A stretch of 64,000 nucleotides of DNA. It comes from Proteromonas lacertae. Taxonomy: Eukaryota. Where the stretch lies: positions 248,001 to 312,000 of the forward strand of contig NGBS01000292.1 in assembly GCA_002245135.1 (NCBI GenBank), written 5' to 3'. Below the pieces are notes generated by a model. It saw only the letters and a program-made list of their open reading frames with translations. It ran no database searches and was not told where the DNA came from. The first letter of the stretch is position 1, and each line of letters opens with the position of its first letter. Both the position numbers and the translations under genes were made by a program. Shown piece by piece: positions 12,721 through 25,660 of the stretch.

Positions 12721-15184
12721 TTATGTTAAATCTACTTTAAAATCTGTTTGCAACTCTTTTCGACATAATATTCCTTTCAATCTATTCTCATTATCACAAA
12801 CAGGTAAATGACGTATTCCCATCGAACGATCTATTAATAATAATAATAATGAATATTCATATACATAACGAATAAACTTTTGATAATGACCAACATTCAT
12901 TTACTATGAAAGGACTATGATTATAATAACATCTCAAATCAATATATAAATCCATTGACTTTGATAATACATTTATTTTATCAATATTCACTGTTAAACT
13001 AGATAAAGAAGTGCTAAAATCATATATTGATATTCTGTTGTTAATCAACTTTGGATCATCATTTATATTCTCTTCACTTACAAATACTTCTTTTTCAAAT
13101 AATACTATCAACTGATTTCGAAGAATTATTCCTAAACAATGATTATTTTCATCTATTATAGGAAAACCATTGTGAGTACTAATCAAATATTAATAAAACT
13201 ATAAACAAGAAATACGTTGTAGTAAGAACATTATATACTGTCGAGACTTTTTCTATTTCATGAAATGTAATTACTGGATTTATCATTACATCTTTTGCCT
13301 ATATATATATATATATATAATGTTAAAATTGTTATACATTTAACATTGATAAATGTTTTGGTGGAGTTGCTTCTACAAATGGAATTTTTCTTAACTCAAT
13401 GGTTTGATCATAAATTGAAATATTAAGAAAATCTCCAACCCATTTTGATATCATTAGCACTAACATTATAGGTAATAAATATTCTATATTATTTGTTGTT
13501 TCTAATAATATTACAGTTAAACTAATTGTCATTCTAGTTGTACCGCCCAATAATGCAGTTGAACCTATTAATGCATAAGTACCAGCTTTGATTTCACTAT
13601 TTGGTAATATTCCTATTAAAAACTGACCTATCATTCTTCCATAAGCAGATCCCATTAAAATTGTTGGAACAAATAAACCAGCTGGAACACTAATACCAAT
13701 TAAAAAAATATTAATTAACTTGAACTAAATTTTATATATATTATATATATAACACATAACAAAAAAGATATATGTAATAACAGCTAATAAATAAATAACA
13801 AAGAAATAGATTAATAATGCTTTCCAGTTCATTATATCAGTATTATGAAACATTCCTTTTATTGATTGTTCAAGTGGAGTAAATATTAAAGTTGCTAAAG
13901 GATTATAATAACCTTCCTCGCAACTATATCTTCGATAATATTCAAGAATTTCTTCACTTTCAGTAGGTATTTTGGAACAACTTCCATTAAATAAATTAGG
14001 AATCCAAAATTGAATTGTCACTGTTATAAAACCAATTATTAAAACTTCTAACACTTTAAATAATCTTCTCTTATGAATACAAATCCTTCGAAATTTTTGA
14101 ACTTTAATATTTAAGAAATTCCAACAAGCACCAAGTATTCCTCCTCCTATCCCAATTATTATAAATATTGGAATTTCCCATAAATGATAACCATCAGCAG
14201 GAAATGTTCCAAATGTAATTAAACCAGGTGAATTCATTGTTGTATCTCCTCTTTCTATCATTAATAATAAATTTAAAGTATAAGTGCTACACATTGCACC
14301 AAAAAATACTCTCCATGTCAATGGTAAAGACCAAAAACTAGAAGCTTCTTCTAATGAAAATAATACACCGCCTAATGGAGCACCAAATGCAGCAGCAACA
14401 CCAGCAGCTGCTCCACCACTTACAAAATCTCTTTTATCATGATCATTTCGATATTTCTTTAATGAATCATTATGTAATAGTTTTGGTATTTTGGGTAAAT
14501 GACTGATTATTGCTGCTAATGCTGCTCCTGTATGAACCATTGGACCTTCTTTTCCTCCAACTAAACCACCTGCTATACTCATCCATAAGCCAATCACTTT
14601 CACTGCTAATGTTTTAAATCTTAGGATTTTACTTATATTTGTACCATTTAAATAACTCTTTATTTCAGGAATACCTGAACCAGCTGCTGCTGGCTCTACG
14701 AATACAACTAATAATACTGGAATTGATATACATAATAATGAGATTGAAACAAAATATAAATAACCTAAGAACATCTGATTTTTCAATATTAATGAACGAG
14801 CTGGATTAAAACGTAAATTACTTACAAATGTTACACCTTCATGCTAAACCAAACGCTATTAAACCAGTACATATACCTACACACGAATAAACTAACCAAC
14901 CACATATAAATGCTATTCGTTTATCAGTTTTGGTTTGTTTTTCGAGATATTTCTTATTCAATCTATATATTACGCAAAATGTTTATACTCATTTTCAATT
15001 ATATCATAATCCAATGAATCATACTGCACTGTTATTGGTCTAATAATAATAATACATCAAAATACTCTTCTACGATATTTCGATGTTTAACTCCAAATAC
15101 TTCCTTCAATTGTTTAGCATGAATAGCTGATTTATCAGTTTCATCGGTTTCATATGGAATATCGTTCAACAAATAATCATTCAT
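12721..15184 (-). CDS. CLC chloride channel/antiporter (CLC-6/7-like) with CBS domains
   Basis: GSGIPE, GKEGPMVH, GVAAAFGAPLGGVLFSLEE, GLFVP and two CBS domains; apparent +1 frameshift at ~14844. Confidence 0.9.
13700..13771 (-). other. U12-type intron, AT-AA
   Basis: Donor ATATCTTT; removal to the AA restores the conserved VITFGISVPAGLFVP; branch site is weak. Confidence 0.6.
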
Positions 15185-15908
15185 GAGATATCCTAAAATT
15201 TAATTCTAACAAACCCAAGCTTTTGGCTTGATTCAATCATTTTTTGAAATTTGATTTTGATGTAGAGATGTATTATATAAATCGAATGAAAAACAGATAA
15301 AAGTCAACTGTGTTTATAGAATTGTTTATTTAACTTTTAAATAGACTTGTGAAATATTGTTAATAGACTAACAATAAACGATATGTGGATTTGATATAAA
15401 TATGTAAAACATGCCTATTATCTTTTTAAAAGAGTAGATGACGTAGATATTCATCAATATATATTGTGCTTAGTGTTATTATATGAATAATTAATATTAT
15501 TGGATAAAGTAAAGCTAATTCGTTAATATAGAAGATATTTCATAATACTTTCAATTTCATGAATATTGAATGTATGATATATGAATAATTATGTTAGATG
15601 AATAATTGCTTATATTGAATCATATGTTTAAATATCAATTATAAAACAGTTGTATTTACTGAAGTATGTTAGTTGTTATGTAGATATGAATTTATAAACA
15701 ACTAGATAAATATATTGTTAATACTTAAAAGTGATTGATTTGATGTATTTTATTGATTTTACATAGAAACTTAAAATGACATGTAAATTGACATATTGAC
15801 ATTTCAAATTCATTTTAACATATGAAGGTGATAAAGAGTTCAATTTGTGATATTGGGTATTAAATTATTTTCTATTATTATTTTGATGAGTATAGGTTAT
15901 GTAGAGAG

Positions 15909-17971
15909 ATGGTTTCAAAAGGATTGAGTGATTTGAAAGTGTTAATTGGTGAAGAAACAATAGAGAGTATGAGATGTATATTAATTAATGGAAATGAGAC
16001 ATTTCAAAAGTTATTAGAAGATGAACAATTTGAAGGAGTGTTAGTTTTATGTGAAGGAAGTAGTGTAGAATGATTTATAGAGATGGAGAAGTTTTACAGT
16101 GGTGGATGTATGGAATTATTAAATGAAAATGTAATAAATGTTTTATTGATGAGTATTTACTACAATGATAGTGAAATAATGAAATATTGTGTGAAGTATA
16201 TAAAAAGTCATTTATATGATGAAATGATATTGAAGATATTGGATTTATATGATTTATTTAAGAAAGAAGAGATTAATGAATTAATCAAGATAAGTGAAGA
16301 ATACTTGAAAGAAAATAGTTATAAGTACTTAAATAATGGTATATATATATATATGTAATTATCTAATTGTATAGAAGAATTATTATATAAGTTGAGAATA
16401 GAAAATTTGAAGATGATATTAGAAAGTGAAAAACTGATAATAAAAAATGAGAATTGGTTATTGAAAGTATTAATGAGATGGTATAGAAATGAAGAGAAGA
16501 AGATTGAAAAAGAAGAAAAGAAAGAATTAGATGAAGAATTTAAAAGAATATTATTAAAATCAATTCATCTAGAAGATGTGGAATTAGATGAGCTAGAACC
16601 TTCCATTTTAAATGAATTGAAAAACAATAGATATGAATGATTATTTAATGGAAATGAAAAACAGAATAAATCCAATATGTTTGAATAATGAAGAAATGAA
16701 AGATGAAAGAGTAGAAGAAATCATAGTAAAATATTACAAAAGTGAAGATGATAATATCAAAGAAGAAGATTTAATTGTATTGATTAATGAGAATACAATC
16801 TCAATGCTATTGAATAATAAAGATATAAGAATGAAAGAAATTGGTTTATTAATAATGATAGATAGTGGAATTGGATTGAAAGACATGAAAATCTCAAGTA
16901 AAACAAAAAGAAATATATTATGTGAATTGATAAATGAATATAAAAGTAAAGAAAATAATCGAATAATAAAATGTTTATGTTTGTTTATAAATGAAGAGAA
17001 GAACTTATTAACAATAGAGAATCTGTTAGGCAAGATGATATTATATGATTTATTGAATAATGATAATTTCTATTCAAATGAATCTAAGAAAATATTAATA
17101 AACTATATAAATCAAATTGTAGATGATAATGATGATGATGAAATATCAGAAATAAAAGAAATGAAGAAATATTAAACAAATTAACAAAAAAAATCACCTC
17201 ATTTTCATGTCCTCAATCAAAATATTCATTTATGGTAAATGATGAAATCTCAATTAATTCCAACATTTGATGGAGATAAATGTGAATTTTCAATAAATCC
17301 ATCTTTACCTGATGGTTTAATGATAGATAAAGAAAGTGGAATAATTCATGGAAGAGTAGAACAGCCAATGAAAGGGGATAATTATGAAATTACCTGTAAA
17401 AATATTCTAAGTGAAAAGAAATTCAAAATCTCATTGAAAGTAACACAAATACAATTTAATAGTTCTAACAAAAGTGAAGGAATATCAATCTCAAATAATG
17501 GAAAAGTAATAACAAATACAAATACATTTTATGGTTGGAATAATTGTTATTTGAATATGAAAATGGAAAATGGAGTTTATCATATCAAATATAGAATATC
17601 ATCGAAATGAAAGTGTAGATGATGGAATGTATTTAGGATTATCAACTAATAATACATATTCTGGATATGAATATTTATGATGCAATCAACAACATGTAAT
17701 TATTATGCAATTTGTAGTGAAAGTAGAGATATTACATCATTATGTCATATTGGAAGAGTTGTTAGCAGTAAATCCAAATTTCAATGATTGTGGAGATGGT
17801 TCAATTTATGAAGTGATTATTGATATGAATAAAAGAGAATTTTGGATAAGTCATAATAATTCATCTCCTGTTTTACTTGTTAAAGATTTACCTTCTCCAT
17901 TATATACATATGCTGCAATATATGGTCAAAACACTTCAGTTGAATTATTATCAGTCAATTATGAGAAATAA
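15909..17971 (+). pseudogene. BTB-BACK + putative Ig (He_PIG-like) + SPRY-like protein, disrupted
   Basis: BTB (SDLKVLIG..FQKLL..KFYSG), BACK (LKMILESEKL..ENWLLKVLMRW), PSLPDGLMIDKESGIIHG, SPRY-like (YEVIIDMNKREFWISHN..LPSPLY); in-frame TGA at 16071 and frameshifts near 16635, 17170-17240 and 17600-17760. Confidence 0.65.
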
Positions 17972-18519
17972 ATAATTTCTACTATTTGCTATTCTTATCC
18001 ATTTTTAGAATGCTCATGTGAATAAAAATATTTACATAAGCTAATTACAACAAGTACACTCAATGAAATATGTGTTTTCATAAATTGTTGAATTAACAGT
18101 CATTTACCAATAAAAATTCTTATAACTAATATATTAACTTTAATAATAATATATAATATATTAAAACAATTATAACATCTTAAATGACAGAAAATGTATA
18201 ATCCTAGGAATTATTGGATTATACCCACAATATTTGAATAATAAAACCATACATTTACCACCAGCTACAATTCCCAGAGAATAAAAGAAATCTATGAAAA
18301 ATCAGTAAAATAAGAGAAATACAAGATGATATTTGCATTAATAGAGATTCATCACCATCTAAATCATCATCCAAATTGTTTGGCTCTTTTTTCATTCTTA
18401 TTTAAGCAAAATCAGAGCAAATATCTTCTATTTAATATAATTGAAAGATAAATATCCCAAATCAAAAACATAAATATTTAACATTATATATATTATAACA
18501 TTAAACAAAAATTCTAAAT

Positions 18520-20460
18520 TTAATCAACTTCTTCAATATGTGGACCTTGAGCACTTCCACCACTTGGAGCAGCACCAGCTCCTGGCATTCCACCAGCTGG
18601 CATACCTCCTGCACCACCGCCTAACTTACTCATTATTGGCATTACTTTATTTTCTAATATCTTCAATTGTTCTTCATATTCTTCTTTCTCAGCATTTGGA
18701 TGACTGTCTAACCAACTAATTGCAGCTTCAGCAGCATCTTCTACAGCTTTCTTATCATTTTCACCTAATTTATTAGCTACAGCTTCTTCACGAACACTGT
18801 TCTTTACACTGAAAGCATAGTTTTCTAATTGATTCTTGGATTCTACACGTTCTTTATTTCTATCATCTTCAGCTTTGAATTTCTCAGCTTCAGCAACCAT
18901 TCTTTCAATTTCTTCAGGTGTAAGACGACCTTTATCATTTGTAATGGTAATCTTATTAGCTTTACCAGTACTCTTTTCTACAGCACTTACATTCAAAATA
19001 CCATTTGCATCAATATCATAAGTTACTTCAATTTGTGGAACACCTCTTGGCATTGGTGGAATTCCATCTAACTGGAACTTACCTAATAAGTTATTATCTC
19101 TTGTCATTGATCTTTCACCTTCAAATACTTGAATCAATACACCTGGTTGATTATCACTGTAAGTACTAAATACTTGAGTTTTCTTAACTGGAATTGTGGT
19201 ATTTCTCTTAATCAATACAGTCATTACACCACCAGCTGTTTCTAAACCTAAACTTAATGGAGTTACATCCAATAATAACAATTCATCTAATTTTCCACCT
19301 TTATCAGCACCAGTTAAAATAGCAGCTTGTACTGTTGCACCATAAGCTACAGCTTCATCTGGATTAATACTTTTACATGGTTCTTTACCATTGAAGAATT
19401 CTTTTAACATTTGTTGTACTTTTGGAATACGAGATGAACCACCAACTAATACAACTTCATCAATTTCACTTTTACCTAAACCAGCATCTCTTAAAGTCTT
19501 TTCAACTGGTTCCATTGTCTTACGGAAATAATCCATATTCATTTCTTCAAATCTAGCACGAGTGATTTTACTGTTGAAATCAATACCTTCATATAAACTA
19601 TCAATTTCAATCATTGCTTCAGTTGAACTGGATAAAGTTCTCTTTGCTCTTTCACAAGCTGTACGTAATCTTCTTAATGCACGTTGATTGGAAGTTAAAT
19701 CTTTGTTGTATTTTCTTTGGAATTCACGTGAGAAGAAATCAACTAATCTATTATCAAAATCTTCACCACCTAAATGAGTATCACCAGCTGTGGCTTTAAC
19801 TTCGAAAATACCATCTTCAATTGTTAATAAAGATACATCAAAAGTACCACCACCTAAATCGAAAATCAAAATGTTGTGTTCTTTTACATTCTTATCTAAA
19901 CCATAAGCAATAGCTGCAGCTGTTGGTTCGTTAATAATACGTAATACATTCAAACCAGCAATTGCACCAGCATCCTTTGTAGCTTGTCTTTGACTATCGT
20001 TAAAGTAAGCTGGAACTGTAATAACTGCATTCTTTACATCACTACCAATGTAAGCTTCAGCTGTTGTCTTCATCTTCGATAATACCATTGAGGAGATTTC
20101 TTCAGCTGAGAAGGTCTTGGTTTCACCACGATATTCTACTTGACATAATGGTTTTTGGTCTGGACCAGCAATCATCTTGAATGGCCAATGTTTCATATCA
20201 CTTTGGACTGATGGATCATTCACTTTACGACCAATTAAACGTTTAGCATCGAATACAGTGTTTGTTGGATTCATAGCACATTGATTCTTTGCAGCATCAC
20301 CAATTAAACGTTCAGTTTCAGTAAATGCAACATAAGAAGGAGTTGTACGTAAACCTTGATCATTAGCAATGATTTCTACACGATCATTTTGCCAAACACC
20401 AACACAAGAATAAGTTGTACCTAAATCGATACCAACTGCAGGGCCTGAGACTTTAGACAT
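18520..20460 (-). CDS. HSP70: cytosolic HSP70, intronless
   Basis: [32 protein letters not shown]-terminal EEVD. Confidence 0.98.
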   Translation of the reverse strand: MSKVSGPAVGIDLGTTYSCVGVWQNDRVEIIANDQGLRTTPSYVAFTETERLIGDAAKNQCAMNPTNTVFDAKRLIGRKVNDPSVQSDMKHWPFKMIAGPDQKPLCQVEYRGETKTFSAEEISSMVLSKMKTTAEAYIGSDVKNAVITVPAYFNDSQRQATKDAGAIAGLNVLRIINEPTAAAIAYGLDKNVKEHNILIFDLGGGTFDVSLLTIEDGIFEVKATAGDTHLGGEDFDNRLVDFFSREFQRKYNKDLTSNQRALRRLRTACERAKRTLSSSTEAMIEIDSLYEGIDFNSKITRARFEEMNMDYFRKTMEPVEKTLRDAGLGKSEIDEVVLVGGSSRIPKVQQMLKEFFNGKEPCKSINPDEAVAYGATVQAAILTGADKGGKLDELLLLDVTPLSLGLETAGGVMTVLIKRNTTIPVKKTQVFSTYSDNQPGVLIQVFEGERSMTRDNNLLGKFQLDGIPPMPRGVPQIEVTYDIDANGILNVSAVEKSTGKANKITITNDKGRLTPEEIERMVAEAEKFKAEDDRNKERVESKNQLENYAFSVKNSVREEAVANKLGENDKKAVEDAAEAAISWLDSHPNAEKEEYEEQLKILENKVMPIMSKLGGGAGGMPAGGMPGAGAAPSGGSAQGPHIEEVD

Positions 20461-20589
20461 TGTAATTGAATTGAGTTAATGAAAATTATCAAGAAAACTT
20501 GAAATGATTCAAAAATGTAAAATGAATCTTTTTTTTCTAAAGAAAATTCATTATTCTTCATCATTCTTATTGGATGATTTGAAAATCAA

Positions 20590-20607
20590 GAATCTTCTAG
20601 ACTGTTC
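20590..20607. promoter_or_regulatory. heat-shock element upstream of HSP70
   Basis: GAAtcTTCtaGACtgTTC = four alternating nGAAn units with one mismatch, ~130-150 bp upstream of the ATG. Confidence 0.75.
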
Positions 20608-20802
20608 TAATCTTCTTTAAAACATTCTCATAAGGTTTAGAAAATGAAAAATACCGAATAAATAAAAGAATTTAGCAAACAACACAAAAAACAAATTTCA
20701 ATCATTATTAATTTATACATACAGAGTGAATGAAGGGTTTTATTTGAATTGTCTATTTAGTAATAATAAAAATATGCTTTATAAATGATTTCAAAGATGA
20801 AA

Positions 20803-21120
20803 TCAGAATTGATATTTATACTTTTTTGGATTATAACCTAAATCATAGAAGAAATGATTATATCTAGTAATAATAAAAGCAAAAATATACGCTACTCCAT
20901 CTTCAACATAATACTTTTCTATTATTGAGAATAACAATAGTTCATCTACTTTAAACACTCTTTGAATTAACTTACGAAAATCAGCTTCAGATACTATACC
21001 TAAGCAAATAGAATAGACCAAAATAATACCTTTCTTTACATAATCAACTCTTTCTAACCATTCAAAACAACTTTTTTGATCTTCTCCTAGTTTATTAAAC
21101 TCTATTCTAATTGGTTTCAT
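20803..21120 (-). CDS. small EF-hand-like protein (2+ introns; start uncertain)
   Basis: FEWLERVDYVKK|GIVSEADFRKLIQRVF resembles an EF-hand; small GT-AG introns visible. Confidence 0.45.
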   Translation of the reverse strand: MKPIRIEFNKLGEDQKSCFEWLERVDYVKKGIILVYSICLGIVSEADFRKLIQRVFKVDELLLFSIIEKYYVEDGVAYIFAFIITRYNHFFYDLGYNPKKYKYQF

Positions 21121-21272
21121 TGATAATTCCCTAAATAAATAATAAAAATGAGATTTAGGTATATCTCATATTCTGACTATGAATTGTATTAAATACTCTC
21201 TATAATAAAAATATAACACTACATTTAAAGCAAATCCAACCAAAAAAACATTTAAAAATTATGAAATAATAT

Positions 21273-23895
21273 TTAATCAGCAACATTAACATCAACATCT
21301 TCCGTATCAACTCTCTTACCTTCAGAGGATTGTAATCTTTTATTTTTATTTTTATTATCTTCTTCAGGATTAATCAATCCTAACTCAGTCAAATATTCAA
21401 TCTCAATTCTTCTATAATCACCATTCATTCTATCTAACTCCATATGTCGCTTCTGTTCTTCAGACATTTCATCCTTTTGCTTAGTCTCATGCTTAGTTTC
21501 ATCTTTCTGTTTAAATGCATTTACCTTTTCAATATGTTCAGTAATCTTGTCAATATAATGGACTCTTTGTGATTCTCTTTCAAAATGTGATTGTATTATT
21601 TGCACTTCATTATTTACTTGTCTTCTCATTGATATTGGGATACTTAAAATGTATAAATTACCGTTACTATCACCAACTGCTATTAATTGCCTTCCAGTAT
21701 CACTATTTAATCTAAATTCCATTGATGATATTTGACCTGATGTGATTGGATGCACTATTGAGGCTGAATTACTCTGATCTGTGAAATCCCATACTTCTAA
21801 GTAACCATCAGTCCTACCAATATACAATACACCTGGACGTGTTGGACTCCATCTACCAATAGTAAAATCAGCTTGAGATCTTGGTGAGATAAACACAGGA
21901 TCTTGTAACTCACCCATATATATGTGGAAACTCCATGAACTTACTGTCAAATATACATTTGATACGAATGGTGATCTTTCTAATGATTTGATTGGTCGAA
22001 GTTGATCTTGTGAATGCCATCTGACATAGGAAGGTACCTCTCCTTCTAATTGGTTTAAATCACCACTTGCAATAACACCCATCTCTGAAACACATCTAAA
22101 GATAGTACTCTCGGTTTCATTGGGATCTGAGAAAATGAACCTCGTCATAGCCAAAGCACCTACTTCAGAAGAACAATCTATTAAATAACTAAATCGTGGA
22201 ACCCATGGCACTTCTTCATCATCTTTATATCGATACAATCCTGATCTCTTTGCAATTTCTTTATAATTCAAATCCCATACATTAATTTGGCCATCAATTG
22301 AACAGGACATAAACTGAGTAATATCTGAAGTCTCTTTCTTGTTAATCTGTCCTCTTGTATTCACTTCCATTTGTGTTTTAATCCAATGTAATGCCGTCAC
22401 TGCTTTACTGTGGCTCTTATCTGATGAACTGTATACAATTGGATCTAAATATTGTGAGTGTAAAGGATCTTCTAAAGGATCTCTTGGTCCTTTTTGTTTT
22501 TCTCTTTCTTTTTCTGCCCAGTTTTGTGCTAAATTGTACATCATCACTTGACCACTTGCTCCTCCTACTATCACAGTGTCTGGATTCTCAGGATGTATTA
22601 TAAATGAGTTAATTTCAACAGGTGATTTAAGAATCATCATTGGATGAATTAGATCTTCGAAACTCCATACCAATATATATGAGTTAGTAGGGAAAACACT
22701 CTTATTTCTTTTTTCTTCAAAACTGAGTTTCTCATTCACACTACACATTACTACACCTTTTCTTCTAGGATGCCATCTTATGTGTGATATAATTCTACCT
22801 TTACTGTGATCTAGATCAGTAAATACTCTAAATTCAGAGATTTGGTTTTCGGCTTGGTTGCCTAATGACAAACCATCTTCAGCAAAACTGTCCAACTCAT
22901 TTTTAAATACATCCACTGTCTCATTACTTTGTAAAGCAGATCTAACTAAAGGAACAACTCTATCCAAGAACAACGATAGTTCTTTTGACTTCAATTGCTC
23001 TTCTATGAAATTCTGGTCAAATGATCTAGTTTCATACTGAACTGAACTATTAACCAATCTAGCCAACTGACTTTGACAAGCTTCATCTTTTTTCAATGAG
23101 AAATAACTTGGACCTATTTGTAAGCATGTTTCTCTTTCCATTCTATTCAAATTATTGGCGAAATCAGGATCAATGTGTTTTCTAAAGTCATCACAGGTTT
23201 CTGGATCAACATCATTGAAGGTATAAGGAGCACAGAATTCACTTCGTTTTCTAGCAATTGTATAACTCAATAAAGGCCTTTGTGACTTAATTGTAAGCCA
23301 TTTCACATTTTCTATGGTAGCTTCTTCTGTTTCGGATTTATATTCTCTTGTAGTTAATGGCATTACTTCGTATATTCTCTGTGCTTCGATTTCTGCAGCA
23401 ATTTTTCTTTGTCTTTCTTCTTCTTCTAATCTTAGTTTTTCTTGTCTTTCCGCTTCTTCTTTATCTTTGAATACTTTTAATTCTCTATTGAATGCATCTT
23501 CTGTAATTGCAGCATACCAGTTCTATTGAAAATAAATCAAAAATAAAATACAGCTCCATATTGTTCATCAGGATCAGCTACTAAAATAATATCATCAAGT
23601 GGATATTCCTTTAATTGATCTGCACATGGTTGAAATATACAATAAAAGCCTACTTGTTGGATTTCATCCAACACATCATCTCTATTAAATAATTTATATG
23701 GTACTACATCATGTAAACCTTCACCAGTCTTTAAATCTATCGATATAATTAAAAAGTAAAGTAAATACCAGCATCTTCCATCTGTTTGATAGTTAATAAT
23801 AAAGAAACACATCCCTCTGGTGGCTGAGGTTTATTGTCTTCCACTACTACCTTCTTCTTCTTCTTCTTCTTCTTTCCCTTAGCTTTCTTTGCCAT
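21273..23895 (-). CDS. WDR63: WD40 axonemal dynein intermediate chain WDR63/DNAI3 (IC140-like)
   Basis: ALQSNETVDVF, ILVWSFEDLIHP, SCSIDGQINVWD, RWSPTRPGVLYIGRTDGYLEVWD; ATG at 23895; two short 5' introns. Confidence 0.8.
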
Positions 23896-23957
23896 TTAAG
23901 AAAGAAACGCTTTTGAAACGAATTTTTTTCTACTCTTCAGTAGATTTAAATTTTCTT

Positions 23958-25550
23958 ATGAGAAAAGCAACTTTTTTGGTTCTAATGAGTTTGGCTTGTT
24001 TTTGCATCTCAGTAGAATTTACTGAGGATGTGATTTCACCAAACGCATTCACTCCTATAACTAGATTTTGTTTTAGTAAGAATGATCCTCATGTGGAATA
24101 TGTATTCACTACCAATTTGATTACTACTCCATATGTCATATATTTTTATGAAGACGATGATAGCCTTGACAAATTATTTAAAACCAACTACAATTGTCAA
24201 CAAATGGCTTCAGCTTCATTAGTATTTTTAATATTTTATAATCAAACCTATTTATAGTGTAACACAGCTTCAGCAACAGATAAAAGTGTATATCAGTTAC
24301 CTTTGAAAGATGACCAATGTTTATATGTTGTGCTAGGACATTGTCTTGTAGAGTATAATAATTATTATTTATATATAATGTAGTTGTAATACAACACAAT
24401 GTAACCTTAATACCAACGTAAGTTATGCAATAAGACTCCTAAACGGAGAAGGTAATTGGAGTAAGCATATATCTGTAGATGAAACAGGATTATTAGAAAT
24501 AACAGTAGTATTTACCATTATAAATGTGTTTTTATGTGTATATATGAGAAAAATTGAAATGTCATTAAGAAGGTTGGATAAATTCCATCATACCGTGAAT
24601 ATGTTAAAAACTTCAATTGATGTTTCAATGATTGCAAGAGTGTTTGGAATATTTTATTATGTTTATTATGCTAGTTCAGGAAAACAGTATATAATATTTA
24701 TATATTTCTTTTTTTTAATTATTATTTTCAATAGATTCACTGTTTTATTAGTGTTTTATGAAATATTATATGCTATATCAGACATGCTATTAGTATTACT
24801 ACTCATCTTACTAGCAAAAGGTTGGACAATTGTCAATAAAGTCATCTCACGTCATGGACGATTAAAAATCACATTATATGCTACAGTATATTGGTGGATA
24901 TCCATATTGACAATATTATGGAGAGAGTTTTCTTATAAACTGTGGGAAAGAGGCGTTTTATATAGAAATACTGCAGGAATATTCCTTATTGTCGTTAGAG
25001 GGTTGGTGACTGTATGGTTTATATATGCATTGTATGTTACAATGAAGAAAATTACTAAGAAATTACATTTTTATTATAAATTTGGATTGTGTGGTTTGGC
25101 TTGGTTCATCATTAATTTTTGTATAAATATATATATATACATATATATATAGTTATGGCAGTATTTATTGACACTTCTAATCCAACTAAAAGATTCACTA
25201 TCTATTATTCAATTACATATATTATCCAAATATTATTACAAGGTGTTTTAACATTCTTATATAACCCTAATACCAGATGTAACTCATCTTTTCCATTCCA
25301 TCAAAAGACTGCTGAAATGAGAGATATAGATGAAGGACCAGATTGTAGTGATAGAGGAAAAGCAGGTATTTATATATATTATAGTGTTATTTAAATAGTT
25401 CAAATCGTAAATTATGCAAAATATTTTGCTAGACAGACTGCTTTATTACATGATAGTGCTGCTGATGTTACTGATTATTTTGATAAAACATTTTCCATGA
25501 TTCCTCCAAAGACAACTCCTACTCTTACTACAGCTGTTCCAGGAAAGTGA
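23958..25550 (+). CDS. TMEM145/GPR180-like membrane protein
   Basis: Signal peptide, ITRFCF, LLNGEGNWSKHISVDETGLLE, LILLAKGWTI, multiple TM helices. Confidence 0.8.
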
Positions 25551-25660
25551 TTGAGTAGTTATATATGTGTAAAAATTAAATATTTATATGTGATATATTG
25601 TATTTTTTTTTAACTCAAACAAAAATAATATTTACAAAATTATTGATTTTGTATATTAAT

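Noticed and set aside
15240..15900. Long intergenic stretches (also 17980-18510) as mobile elements
   Set aside because: No terminal repeats, target-site duplications or transposase/RT ORFs seen; no CRISPR-like arrays anywhere in the window
16071..16073. In-frame TGA as selenocysteine or an alternative genetic code
   Set aside because: The same gene has several frameshifts, TGA serves as a normal stop elsewhere (25548), and conserved Trp codons are TGG
18829..19799. Antisense and alternate-frame ORFs over HSP70, WDR63, AAAP and low-complexity genes
   Set aside because: These are shadow ORFs of real genes caused by codon bias
21131..21163. Possible AT-AG intron (ATATACCT...TTTAG, minus strand)
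   Set aside because: The donor deviates from consensus, there is no branch motif, and the gene start is uncertain
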